A DNA stretch of 64,000 bases from Candidatus Saccharimonadota bacterium (lineage in GTDB: Bacteria; Patescibacteriota; Saccharimonadia; Saccharimonadales; Saccharimonadaceae). The stretch is taken from contig JAECRG010000001.1 in assembly GCA_015999875.1 (NCBI GenBank), positions 171,330-235,329 of the forward strand. Reading direction: 5' to 3'. Made by a program: the position numbers and the translations under genes. Shown here in pieces: positions 35,284-43,120 of the stretch (position 1 is its first letter; every line of letters starts with the position of its first letter). Under the pieces are notes generated by a model. It was given only the letters and a program-made list of their open reading frames with translations. It was not told the origin of the DNA and did not search any database.

Positions 35284-35300
35284 ACCTCTTCATTTAACTT

Positions 35301-35309
35301 TGTTACAAT
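35301..35309 (+). promoter_or_regulatory. extended -10 TGTTACAAT, 6 nt from pepN ATG
   Basis: The sequence reads TGTTACAAT-AGATAT-ATG. Confidence 0.55.
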
Positions 35310-35315
35310 AGATAT

Positions 35316-37829
35316 ATGCAAGCATTTTCTCATTTACTCGACTCATTTATACCAGAGCACTACGACTTATCCCTTACACTCGCACGCGAAGCGAGGACAT
35401 TTCATGGCACAGTAAGCATTAAAGGCTATCAGAAAAGTAGTGTAGACATTCCTTTTCATGCAAAAGACTTAACAATTACAAGTGCTACCGTAGACGGTAA
35501 GTCTGTAGAGTACACTCATAGTGAGCACGATGAGCTTCGCCTTGCGCATGCATTGCCTGGAGCACATATCGTTGTACTGCAATTCGAAGGAACTATCACG
35601 GATGCGATGCACGGTATGTATCCGTGCTACTTTGAAGTAGACGGCGTCAAAAAAGAACTCCTAGCAACGCAGTTCGAAAGCCATCACGCACGCGAAGTAT
35701 TCCCCTGTATCGATGAGCCTGCTGCTAAGGCTACTTTTGACCTGACGCTCACTACCGAAGAAAATGTCGAAGTGCTTGGCAACATGCCTGTCGAGTGGCA
35801 GCGCGTAGAGCCAGAAGGCTTGGTAACAAAGTTCCAGTCTAGTCCACGAATGAGTAGCTACTTACTTGCATGGGTTGTCGGAGAATTGCAGAAGAAATCT
35901 GCCACGACAAAAGATGGAGTAGAAGTAAACATCTGGGCAACGCATGCCCAGCCGGCCGCCGCACTTGAGTTTCCGCTCGACATAGCTGTACGCAGCATAG
36001 AATTCTATAACGATTATTTTGGTACCGCTTATCCCCTGCCGAAAGCAGATCATGTCGCACTGCCGGACTTTAGTTCGGGCGCTATGGAGAACTGGGGTCT
36101 TATTACGTACCGTGAAATGGCGCTACTCGCCGACCCGACAACAACAAGTATCTCAAGCAAGCAATATATCGCCACCGTGATCGCGCATGAACTCGCGCAC
36201 CAATGGTTCGGCAATCTCGTCACTATGCAATGGTGGAACGATCTATGGCTTAATGAAAGCTTCGCTACGCTTATGGAATACTTGGCAGTCGACGCCATAC
36301 ACCCGGAATGGAATGCATGGCTAGATTTTGCCTCCAACGAAACAATCGGCGCATTGCGTCGTGATGCGCTCGATGGCGTACAGTCCGTCCAGGTCGAAGT
36401 TAATCACCCAGACGAGATCAGTACATTATTTGATCCCGCAATTGTCTACGCAAAAGGCGCACGGCTACTGCGCATGGTACAGCACTTCGTTGGCGACGAT
36501 ACATTCCAACAAGGACTCAAGCACTATTTCACCGAACACGCGTATGGCAATACCGTCGGCGACGACCTCTGGCAGGCACTGTCCGATGCAAGCGGCAAAG
36601 ATATCGTAGAAATGATGAACACATGGACCTCACAACCCGGTTTCCCGGTAGTGCAGGCATCTCTCAAAGACAACAGGATTACCCTATCGCAGCAGCAGTT
36701 CTTCGTTGGTCAGCACGCCACAAGCGATCGCACCTGGCCAGTTCCGCTCAACGCATCTACCGATACCGCACCAATTTTATTCACCGACAAGTCTGTGGAG
36801 TTTGAATACAATTCAAAAGCGCCATTTGCGCTCAACGTCGGCGATACTGCGCACTTTATCACGCAATACGACGAAACTCTTTACGCCAGGCTTATCGGCG
36901 CAGTAAGAAACGGCTCCCTCGACATGCTCGGCCGCATACAGCTACTAGATGAGGCTACACTTCTTGCGCGTGGCGGCAAACTCTCTTCAGCCCAATTAAT
37001 TCCGCTACTCGACGCGTATCGAGACGAGACAGCGGAGCCAGTGTGGAATATCATCGCTATTGCTATCAGTGAGCTCAAGAAGTTTGTTCAGGACGATGAA
37101 GCGGCCGAAAGAAAACTTCGACAACTTACATATACGATTGCACGCAGCAAGTATCTTGAGTTGGGCTGGAACCAAAAAGAAAACGAAACAGAAGAACAAA
37201 CCAAATTACGAAGTACCATCATCGGATTAACACTATACGGAGAAGACGAAGAAGCTATCACTAAAGCCAAAGAGCTCTACGAGACGACACCTTTGGAATC
37301 GCTTGATGCGGAGCTGCGTCCGCTCATCATTAGCTCTGTTGCCCGCTACGGAGATGGTAGTGTAGTAGACGAGCTTCTCGAGCACTACCGCTCTTCGCAA
37401 TCCGCAGAACTCAAACAGGATATCTGCATAGGAATTACCAGTACACGAATACCGGCGAAGATAGAGCAGCTTCTCGCAGTCATCAAAAATCCAGATATCA
37501 TAAAACCCCAGGATGTTGCACGTTGGTTCGTGTACTTGATTCGTGGTCGCGAGTCAAATGACGCATCTTGGCGATGGCTACAAGAAAACTGGGGCTGGAT
37601 TGAAGATACCTTCGGTGGCGACAAGAGCTATGATGATTATCCACGCTACAGTGCGAGCGGCCTTTCTACACAGCAGCAGCTTGATGAATATATAGAATTC
37701 TTCCAACCTCTCGAGAATGTTGTTGCACTTTCGCGTGCTATCAAACTCGGTATAGCAGAAATCGAAGGTAAAGTCGAACTTATCGCGCTAGATAAGACCG
37801 CAGTGATAGACGCGCTCAAAAAGCTCTAG
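35316..37829 (+). CDS. pepN: aminopeptidase N (M1 family)
   Basis: GAMENWG and HELAHQWFGNLVTMQWWNDLWLNESFA are present. Confidence 0.95.
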   Translation: MQAFSHLLDSFIPEHYDLSLTLAREARTFHGTVSIKGYQKSSVDIPFHAKDLTITSATVDGKSVEYTHSEHDELRLAHALPGAHIVVLQFEGTITDAMHGMYPCYFEVDGVKKELLATQFESHHAREVFPCIDEPAAKATFDLTLTTEENVEVLGNMPVEWQRVEPEGLVTKFQSSPRMSSYLLAWVVGELQKKSATTKDGVEVNIWATHAQPAAALEFPLDIAVRSIEFYNDYFGTAYPLPKADHVALPDFSSGAMENWGLITYREMALLADPTTTSISSKQYIATVIAHELAHQWFGNLVTMQWWNDLWLNESFATLMEYLAVDAIHPEWNAWLDFASNETIGALRRDALDGVQSVQVEVNHPDEISTLFDPAIVYAKGARLLRMVQHFVGDDTFQQGLKHYFTEHAYGNTVGDDLWQALSDASGKDIVEMMNTWTSQPGFPVVQASLKDNRITLSQQQFFVGQHATSDRTWPVPLNASTDTAPILFTDKSVEFEYNSKAPFALNVGDTAHFITQYDETLYARLIGAVRNGSLDMLGRIQLLDEATLLARGGKLSSAQLIPLLDAYRDETAEPVWNIIAIAISELKKFVQDDEAAERKLRQLTYTIARSKYLELGWNQKENETEEQTKLRSTIIGLTLYGEDEEAITKAKELYETTPLESLDAELRPLIISSVARYGDGSVVDELLEHYRSSQSAELKQDICIGITSTRIPAKIEQLLAVIKNPDIIKPQDVARWFVYLIRGRESNDASWRWLQENWGWIEDTFGGDKSYDDYPRYSASGLSTQQQLDEYIEFFQPLENVVALSRAIKLGIAEIEGKVELIALDKTAVIDALKKL

Positions 37830-37866
37830 CCTTCCTGGTTATTTCATTACTGAACTAACATCTGCG

Positions 37867-38838
37867 CTAAATGCTTTCGATATATTGCTCTATTGACGGG
37901 GAATTGCCTGTCAATGAAATTGCCGACACCACCATAGGCACATCAACTATCTTTTTGTTATGTGCGTAGAGTTTAGCAGCATAGCGCATCTGATTAAGCT
38001 TTTTTTGCGTCACAGCAACTAACCCACCGCCCTGATTGGGCTGTCGACGGTATTTTACCTCTGTGAAATATAGTGTCCCTGCTTTGTATGACACAATATC
38101 AATTTCACAATACCTCGTCCTCCAGTTACGCTCGGTGATTTCGTGGCCGTGCCGCACGAGATATTTTGCAGCTTCATCCTCTGCGCGGTCACCTACTTTT
38201 TTGGTGGTTTCATGCTCTATAATATCTTCTACCTCGCGATGCAGTACTGTCTGATCCGAGGTATTTACATCAAAACTCTTGTACTTTGCGAGTGGCGCAA
38301 AACTCAATCTATGGAGTGGAGTCACCCCTAATCTCTCAATAGCCTCTCGGTGCGCCGCGGTGCCATAACCGACATGACCACTAAACTTATAGCCTGGGTA
38401 TACATCATCTTGCGCCGCCATGTAGTTATCCCTGGCAACCTTCGCAATGACTGATGCCGCAGACACGCTTGGTACAAGTAAATCAGCTTTTTTCATGGTT
38501 GTCACATACCTACCCTTTGATGTATCGGCTAGAAAATTTATTGTACCGTCAATAATAATCTCGTGATACGATGCAGCAACTTGCTCAACAGCGCGACGCG
38601 TAGCAAGTCTCAAGCCCTCAGAGAGCCCTTTAGAATCTATCTCACTTGCACTTACCCATCCTAGCCCGTATCCAGCCGCTTTTTGTCGTATTTCGACATC
38701 TAACGCATCGCGTCGCTTCTTTGTGAGCTTCTTACTGTCAGTTAGACCTTCTATCCTCTCACCACCCAGTACCACTGCGCCAATCACAAGAGGTCCTGCC
38801 CATGGACCACGCCCTACTTCGTCTATACCAAGAATCAT
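37867..38838 (-). CDS. rnhB: ribonuclease HII fused to a YraN (UPF0102) endonuclease-like C-terminal domain
   Basis: The start is trimmed from 39021 (which overlaps rplS) to MILGIDEVGRGPWAGPLV at 38838. The C-terminal roughly 110 aa (GDRAEDEAAKYL...YCEIDIV...FTEVKYR) is YraN-like. Confidence 0.85.
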   Translation of the reverse strand: MILGIDEVGRGPWAGPLVIGAVVLGGERIEGLTDSKKLTKKRRDALDVEIRQKAAGYGLGWVSASEIDSKGLSEGLRLATRRAVEQVAASYHEIIIDGTINFLADTSKGRYVTTMKKADLLVPSVSAASVIAKVARDNYMAAQDDVYPGYKFSGHVGYGTAAHREAIERLGVTPLHRLSFAPLAKYKSFDVNTSDQTVLHREVEDIIEHETTKKVGDRAEDEAAKYLVRHGHEITERNWRTRYCEIDIVSYKAGTLYFTEVKYRRQPNQGGGLVAVTQKKLNQMRYAAKLYAHNKKIVDVPMVVSAISLTGNSPSIEQYIESI

Positions 38839-38905
38839 ATATCTATTGTATAGCAAAAACACCGCTCGAGATGATGCGGTGTTTGTTGCGCAAGAAGTTG
38901 GGCTG

Positions 38906-39337
38906 TTATGCTTTCTCTTCTGTAGATTCTGACTTTGGCTCTTCAGCTTTTGGAGCTTCCGGAAGCGTATTGATGCCTTCACGGTCAAATTTGACAGCCT
39001 TGAGGCGGGCGCTCTTACCACTACGATCGCGGAGGAAGCTGAGGTAGTTACGGCGCACCTTAGAGCGACGAGTAACTTCTACTTTCTCTACAAGGGGGTT
39101 GTGAAGCATAAAGCTCTTCTCAACACCTACGCCGCTCGCAATTTTACGTACAGTGATACGGCTCGTATGTGATTCTTTGTTGTCGGTACGGATAACAACG
39201 CCTTCAAAAATCTGAACACGCTCTTTGTTACCTTCTTTGATCTTCTGGTGTACACGTACTGTGTCACCACTGCGAACATCGACAACAGCATGTTTCTTCT
39301 GTTCGTCGTTCACCTTCTTGATTAGTGCAAAACTCAT
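38906..39337 (-). CDS. rplS: 50S ribosomal protein L19 (with about 25-aa acidic C-terminal tail)
   Basis: Motifs seen: GDTVRVHQKIKEGNKERVQIFEGVVI and RRNYLSFLRDR. Confidence 0.95.
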   Translation of the reverse strand: MSFALIKKVNDEQKKHAVVDVRSGDTVRVHQKIKEGNKERVQIFEGVVIRTDNKESHTSRITVRKIASGVGVEKSFMLHNPLVEKVEVTRRSKVRRNYLSFLRDRSGKSARLKAVKFDREGINTLPEAPKAEEPKSESTEEKA

Positions 39338-39417
39338 ATGTCTCTCGCTTTACTGTTTATAACTACAATCAACTACTCACTATAGCATAGTTTAGTGTGT
39401 TTTTAAAGGGTAATTTA

Positions 39418-41043
39418 CTATATTGATTTGTTCACTTCATCGAGTGTCGTCTCGCCACGCAGTGCAGCCAGTACACCAGCTTGCAGAAGTGTAATCATGC
39501 CATTTTCGCGAGCGACTTTTTCGATAGACTCAGTGTGCACGTCGATCACGTCTCCGCGCAGGAACTTCTGAATCTCTTCGTTGACGACCATCTGCTCCAT
39601 CACCGGCACACGCCCCTTGAAACCGAACGGCACGTCAGGTGTGCCTACTGGCCTCCATAACTTGAATGTATCGAGATTTGGTACGCTGGGTGTATCTTCA
39701 GGAATACCTTCGAGTGTCTTCTTTACCCATCCGCGTGTGGCTTCATCCGGCTCGTACTCTTCTTTTGTTTCGTCCCAAAGCTTACGCACCAAGCGTTGCG
39801 CTATCAAGAGCCGAACCGCTGAGCTAAAAATAGGATTCTGTCCGATCATGTCAATCATACGACTAAATGCAGCAGACGTAGAGTTCGCGTGAAATGAACT
39901 CAACACCAAGTGCCCAGTAATAGACGCCTGTATAGCCGTCTTAGCCGTCTCCTGGTCGCGAATCTCACCGATCATCACTACGTCCGGATCAAGACGCAAG
40001 ACTGAGCGTAGCCCGTCTGCAAAGTGATGCCCTGCAGTTGTGTCGATAGGAATCTGGGTGATTCCCGGAATGCTGTTTTCTACAGGATCCTCGAGAGTGA
40101 TGATTTTACGGTCGTCCGTGTTAAGTGCATTAAGGATGCTGTAGAGTGTTGTGGATTTACCACTACCAGTTGGCCCGACCATGAGCAACATGCCGCGAGG
40201 ATGGCTGACTATTTCCTTGATCTGCTTCATCTCTTTATCTGCGATGCCCAGGAAATCGAGATTTAGCTGTGCGGTATCAAAATTAAATAAACGCATAACC
40301 ACATCCTGGCCGTACAAGGTAGGCACCGCTTCAACACGGAGGTTGAGTATGTGTGTGGCGCCTTCGCGATGAACCTCTTTATTCATATGCCCAGATTGGG
40401 GTGTCGTAGCCGCAGTAGAGATATTTGCACGAGAGCTTAGCGCAGCCATGAGTACACGGTAGCGATCTTTATCTAGGTTTGCAACTGGGTGCAGCGCACC
40501 GTCGATACGCATACGGATACGAATAAAAGACCGCTGATTTTCGATATGAATATCCGAGGCACCAAGCTTATCTGCCTGATCTACCAAATAGTCAAACACT
40601 AAGTCAGTCCCCACGGAATTTAATGTCTGAGAGACTGATGCGATTGTCTCGCTATCACCGTCTTTAGCAATCTCGATATCATCATAAATAATCTCTTTTG
40701 GTGGATCGTAGCGATCCATCAAAACTTTGTAGGCAGATTGACTAATTAGAAGAAACTGTACACTGCGGCCATCCTGAACGTATTCGGCCTCGATTTTCTG
40801 CAGCACCGATTGCGGAGTAAGACTTGTCACACCGAAACGAGTTTGAGTACTATCTCCTCCTTGAATCAATGGCACCATCTTATTGATGTGCATCTCTTTT
40901 ACGGATAATACGTCTTGCGCAAGTGGCAGGTCATTTTCTATCTCGCGGGTATCTAGATACTGCAAACCCAAAATCGTCGAGCGCTTGGCAGTTGCCTGCT
41001 CGTCATGATCACGTCGGGTTTCTTGAATCTTTTTCTCGTCCAT
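39418..41043 (-). CDS. GspE/PilB-family type IV pilus / type II secretion ATPase
   Basis: An N-terminal T2SSE_N-like region, Walker A GPTGSGKST, an Asp box, Walker B and a His box are present. TATACT (41057-41052) lies 8 nt upstream of the ATG. Confidence 0.9.
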   Translation of the reverse strand: MDEKKIQETRRDHDEQATAKRSTILGLQYLDTREIENDLPLAQDVLSVKEMHINKMVPLIQGGDSTQTRFGVTSLTPQSVLQKIEAEYVQDGRSVQFLLISQSAYKVLMDRYDPPKEIIYDDIEIAKDGDSETIASVSQTLNSVGTDLVFDYLVDQADKLGASDIHIENQRSFIRIRMRIDGALHPVANLDKDRYRVLMAALSSRANISTAATTPQSGHMNKEVHREGATHILNLRVEAVPTLYGQDVVMRLFNFDTAQLNLDFLGIADKEMKQIKEIVSHPRGMLLMVGPTGSGKSTTLYSILNALNTDDRKIITLEDPVENSIPGITQIPIDTTAGHHFADGLRSVLRLDPDVVMIGEIRDQETAKTAIQASITGHLVLSSFHANSTSAAFSRMIDMIGQNPIFSSAVRLLIAQRLVRKLWDETKEEYEPDEATRGWVKKTLEGIPEDTPSVPNLDTFKLWRPVGTPDVPFGFKGRVPVMEQMVVNEEIQKFLRGDVIDVHTESIEKVARENGMITLLQAGVLAALRGETTLDEVNKSI

Positions 41044-41080
41044 TGTGTATCAGTATATCAAAACACAAGCATTTTTAAAC

Positions 41081-41089
41081 TGTTATAAT
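41081..41089 (+). promoter_or_regulatory. extended -10 TGTTATAAT, 8 nt from ATG 41098
   Basis: It lies within the 54-bp divergent spacer shared with the pilB-like gene. Confidence 0.5.
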
Positions 41090-41097
41090 AGTTATAC

Positions 41098-41583
41098 ATG
41101 AGAAAAATTGTTGTAATAGCCCATAATATTCGTTCCACGCACAATGTTGGAGCATTTTTGCGCACATGTGACGGATTCGGCGTGCAGAAATTCATCTTCA
41201 GCGGCTATACGCCATACCCTACCCTCGATGACGACACCAGACTACCGCACTTTGCAGACAAGATTACTCGCCAAATCCACAAAACAGCTCTCGGCGCAGA
41301 AACAACCGTACCGATTGAACGATATGAACTACCCCCTATCGAAACGCTGAAGCTTGCCGGCTACACAATTGTAGGCCTCGAGCAAGACGAGCGTTCTGTT
41401 ATGCTCCCAGACTACAATGCGCCACAAAAAGTTGCACTACTACTTGGCAATGAAATTGACGGAATCTACCCCGAATACCGTGAGCAATGTGATGCGCTAA
41501 TAGAGATACCGATGCATGGCAGCAAAGAATCATTCAATGTCAGCGTCGCGACTGGTATCGCACTCTACCATCTTTCGCTCTAA
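41098..41583 (+). CDS. SpoU/TrmH-family RNA methyltransferase (161 aa)
   Basis: Motifs seen: HNVGAFLRTCDGFG, LLLGNEIDGI and FNVSVATGIALY. Confidence 0.8.
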   Translation: MRKIVVIAHNIRSTHNVGAFLRTCDGFGVQKFIFSGYTPYPTLDDDTRLPHFADKITRQIHKTALGAETTVPIERYELPPIETLKLAGYTIVGLEQDERSVMLPDYNAPQKVALLLGNEIDGIYPEYREQCDALIEIPMHGSKESFNVSVATGIALYHLSL

Positions 41584-41590
41584 AAGTTTT

Positions 41591-41638
41591 CCACTATATA
41601 TGGTGGAATCTACTACACACAGACGCTATATATGCATT
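41591..41638 (+). promoter_or_regulatory. tandem NrdR-box-like operators upstream of nrdH
   Basis: CCACTATATATGGTGG (41591-41606) matches the remembered consensus acaCwAtATaTwGtgt at 13 of 16 positions. ACGCTATATATGCATT (41623-41638) matches at 11 of 16. The two start 32 bp apart. Confidence 0.5.
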
Positions 41639-41715
41639 GCGACGTCACATATAGCACGCTATACTAGCATAAGAGTTTGAGCGACACCTAACATAAGTTC
41701 AAGAGTACCCATATT

Positions 41716-41765
41716 GAGTATTCCTTTTGCCAAGGGTTGTCTTAACTTGACCTTTTGGAATACTC
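41716..41765 (+). promoter_or_regulatory. structured nrdH leader hairpin
   Basis: GAGTATTCC (41716-41724) pairs perfectly with GGAATACTC (41757-41765). It ends 6 nt before the AGGAG SD. Confidence 0.4.
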
Positions 41766-41783
41766 GGCAGACAGGAGCGCGTC

Positions 41784-42023
41784 ATGACCATGACCAACAC
41801 CATCACCGTCTACACCAAGCCCGCCTGTGTACAGTGTGATGCGACCTACAGGGCACTCGACAAAAACGGCCTTCAGTACGACACGGTAGATATCACCGAA
41901 GATGCGAATGCTCGCGACTACGTGATGACAATTCTCGGCTACTTACAGGCACCTGTCGTAGTCGCCGGCGAAGATCACTGGTCTGGGTTTCGACCCGATC
42001 GCATCAAAGCACTTGTCGCATAA
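41784..42023 (+). CDS. nrdH: NrdH-redoxin
   Basis: The CVQC active site and the WSGFRPD signature are present. 79 aa. Confidence 0.9.
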   Translation: MTMTNTITVYTKPACVQCDATYRALDKNGLQYDTVDITEDANARDYVMTILGYLQAPVVVAGEDHWSGFRPDRIKALVA

Positions 42024-42073
42024 GCCAACTGACGAGATGCGATACCGCAACTCAACACACTTCCAAAAGGCAT

Positions 42074-42106
42074 GCCCCGATGATTCTAGTAATGAATTAT
42101 CGGGGC
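42074..42106. terminator. hairpin terminator between convergent genes
   Basis: GCCCCGAT-N17-ATCGGGGC is followed by TGCTTTCGTATT. Confidence 0.55.
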
Positions 42107-42116
42107 TGCTTTCGTA

Positions 42117-43094
42117 TTACGAGTTCTTGCGAGCTATGCGAGCAAGCGCCTGTCGCGTAGTGTAGCCTGTCATCTTCCGCAAAAACTCCGCCTCATCCAT
42201 CGCCTTCGAGGCATACGACCCAATGCGGCGACTTACTTGGTCATGATGGTTTGAGATAGACTCATATAAGCTTTTGGCTGCATTAATAGCCCGGCTACTT
42301 TGAGTAGCATAACGCGCATCAAGCTCGCCCAGAATACCCGACGCCTTCTCTTGATCTGGTACATGAAATCGTACAGCATCCTCTAGAGTAGAGAGTCTGG
42401 CGCCCACATAGGTATACTGATTTTTGAGCATATCTATAAAACGAGATGGATCTTTTTTGAGCTGGTAAAATTGCATACCGCTGAGCTCTAGCGCGAGACG
42501 AAACGCGTGATCTATCATAGTCTGCTCACCCCGAATTGTGATTCCGTTCATGTCAGCCAATGTTACCGCCAAGATTGTTGTGTCGGGACCAAATGTTTTG
42601 AGATGTTTCTGAATAAGCTTCCCTTGCTCGTCAAACACAACTTCGGTAGCCAACACGCAGTTTGCTGAATGCATCTGACGACCTTCGTCATAGCCTGTGG
42701 CACTCATGACGCGCTGCACCTCGATAGCGCTTGCCGTCTCGTTTGCACCCGGACCAAGCAGTTGCTCCCAATCATGATGCGTCACCGCAATGCCACCATC
42801 TACAAATTCATCTGAACCAAGCCCGAGTATATCAGCATACATACAGTAATCCTCCCACACGTCACGAGTATGGCGAATACCATGATATTTAAGAGGTACG
42901 TCTGATGCTTCTCCATATTTTTCCTGAACCTCCTGCAGGCCAGATGCTATCACAGCAATGTCAATTGGACTTAGTTGCACTAGGCGATGTGGGTACCTAG
43001 CCTCCAGATGGAGTGTCACTTCAGCGATATAAGGGTTTTCATGGAGCACATGCTCTTCGTGGTTGTTGTAGTTCATGATAACTAAGTTATCCAT
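42117..43094 (-). CDS. hypothetical protein, possible HD-domain phosphohydrolase
   Basis: HGIRH lies about 33 aa before HHD, which is HD-like spacing. The evidence is weak. Confidence 0.35.
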   Translation of the reverse strand: MDNLVIMNYNNHEEHVLHENPYIAEVTLHLEARYPHRLVQLSPIDIAVIASGLQEVQEKYGEASDVPLKYHGIRHTRDVWEDYCMYADILGLGSDEFVDGGIAVTHHDWEQLLGPGANETASAIEVQRVMSATGYDEGRQMHSANCVLATEVVFDEQGKLIQKHLKTFGPDTTILAVTLADMNGITIRGEQTMIDHAFRLALELSGMQFYQLKKDPSRFIDMLKNQYTYVGARLSTLEDAVRFHVPDQEKASGILGELDARYATQSSRAINAAKSLYESISNHHDQVSRRIGSYASKAMDEAEFLRKMTGYTTRQALARIARKNS

Positions 43095-43120
43095 ACCATA
43101 TCATGTAAACAAGTTTGCGT

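Noticed and set aside
38906-38985. Acidic C-terminal tail on L19, considered as a separate feature
   Set aside because: Short low-complexity tails on ribosomal proteins are common, and nothing further can be inferred from the sequence.
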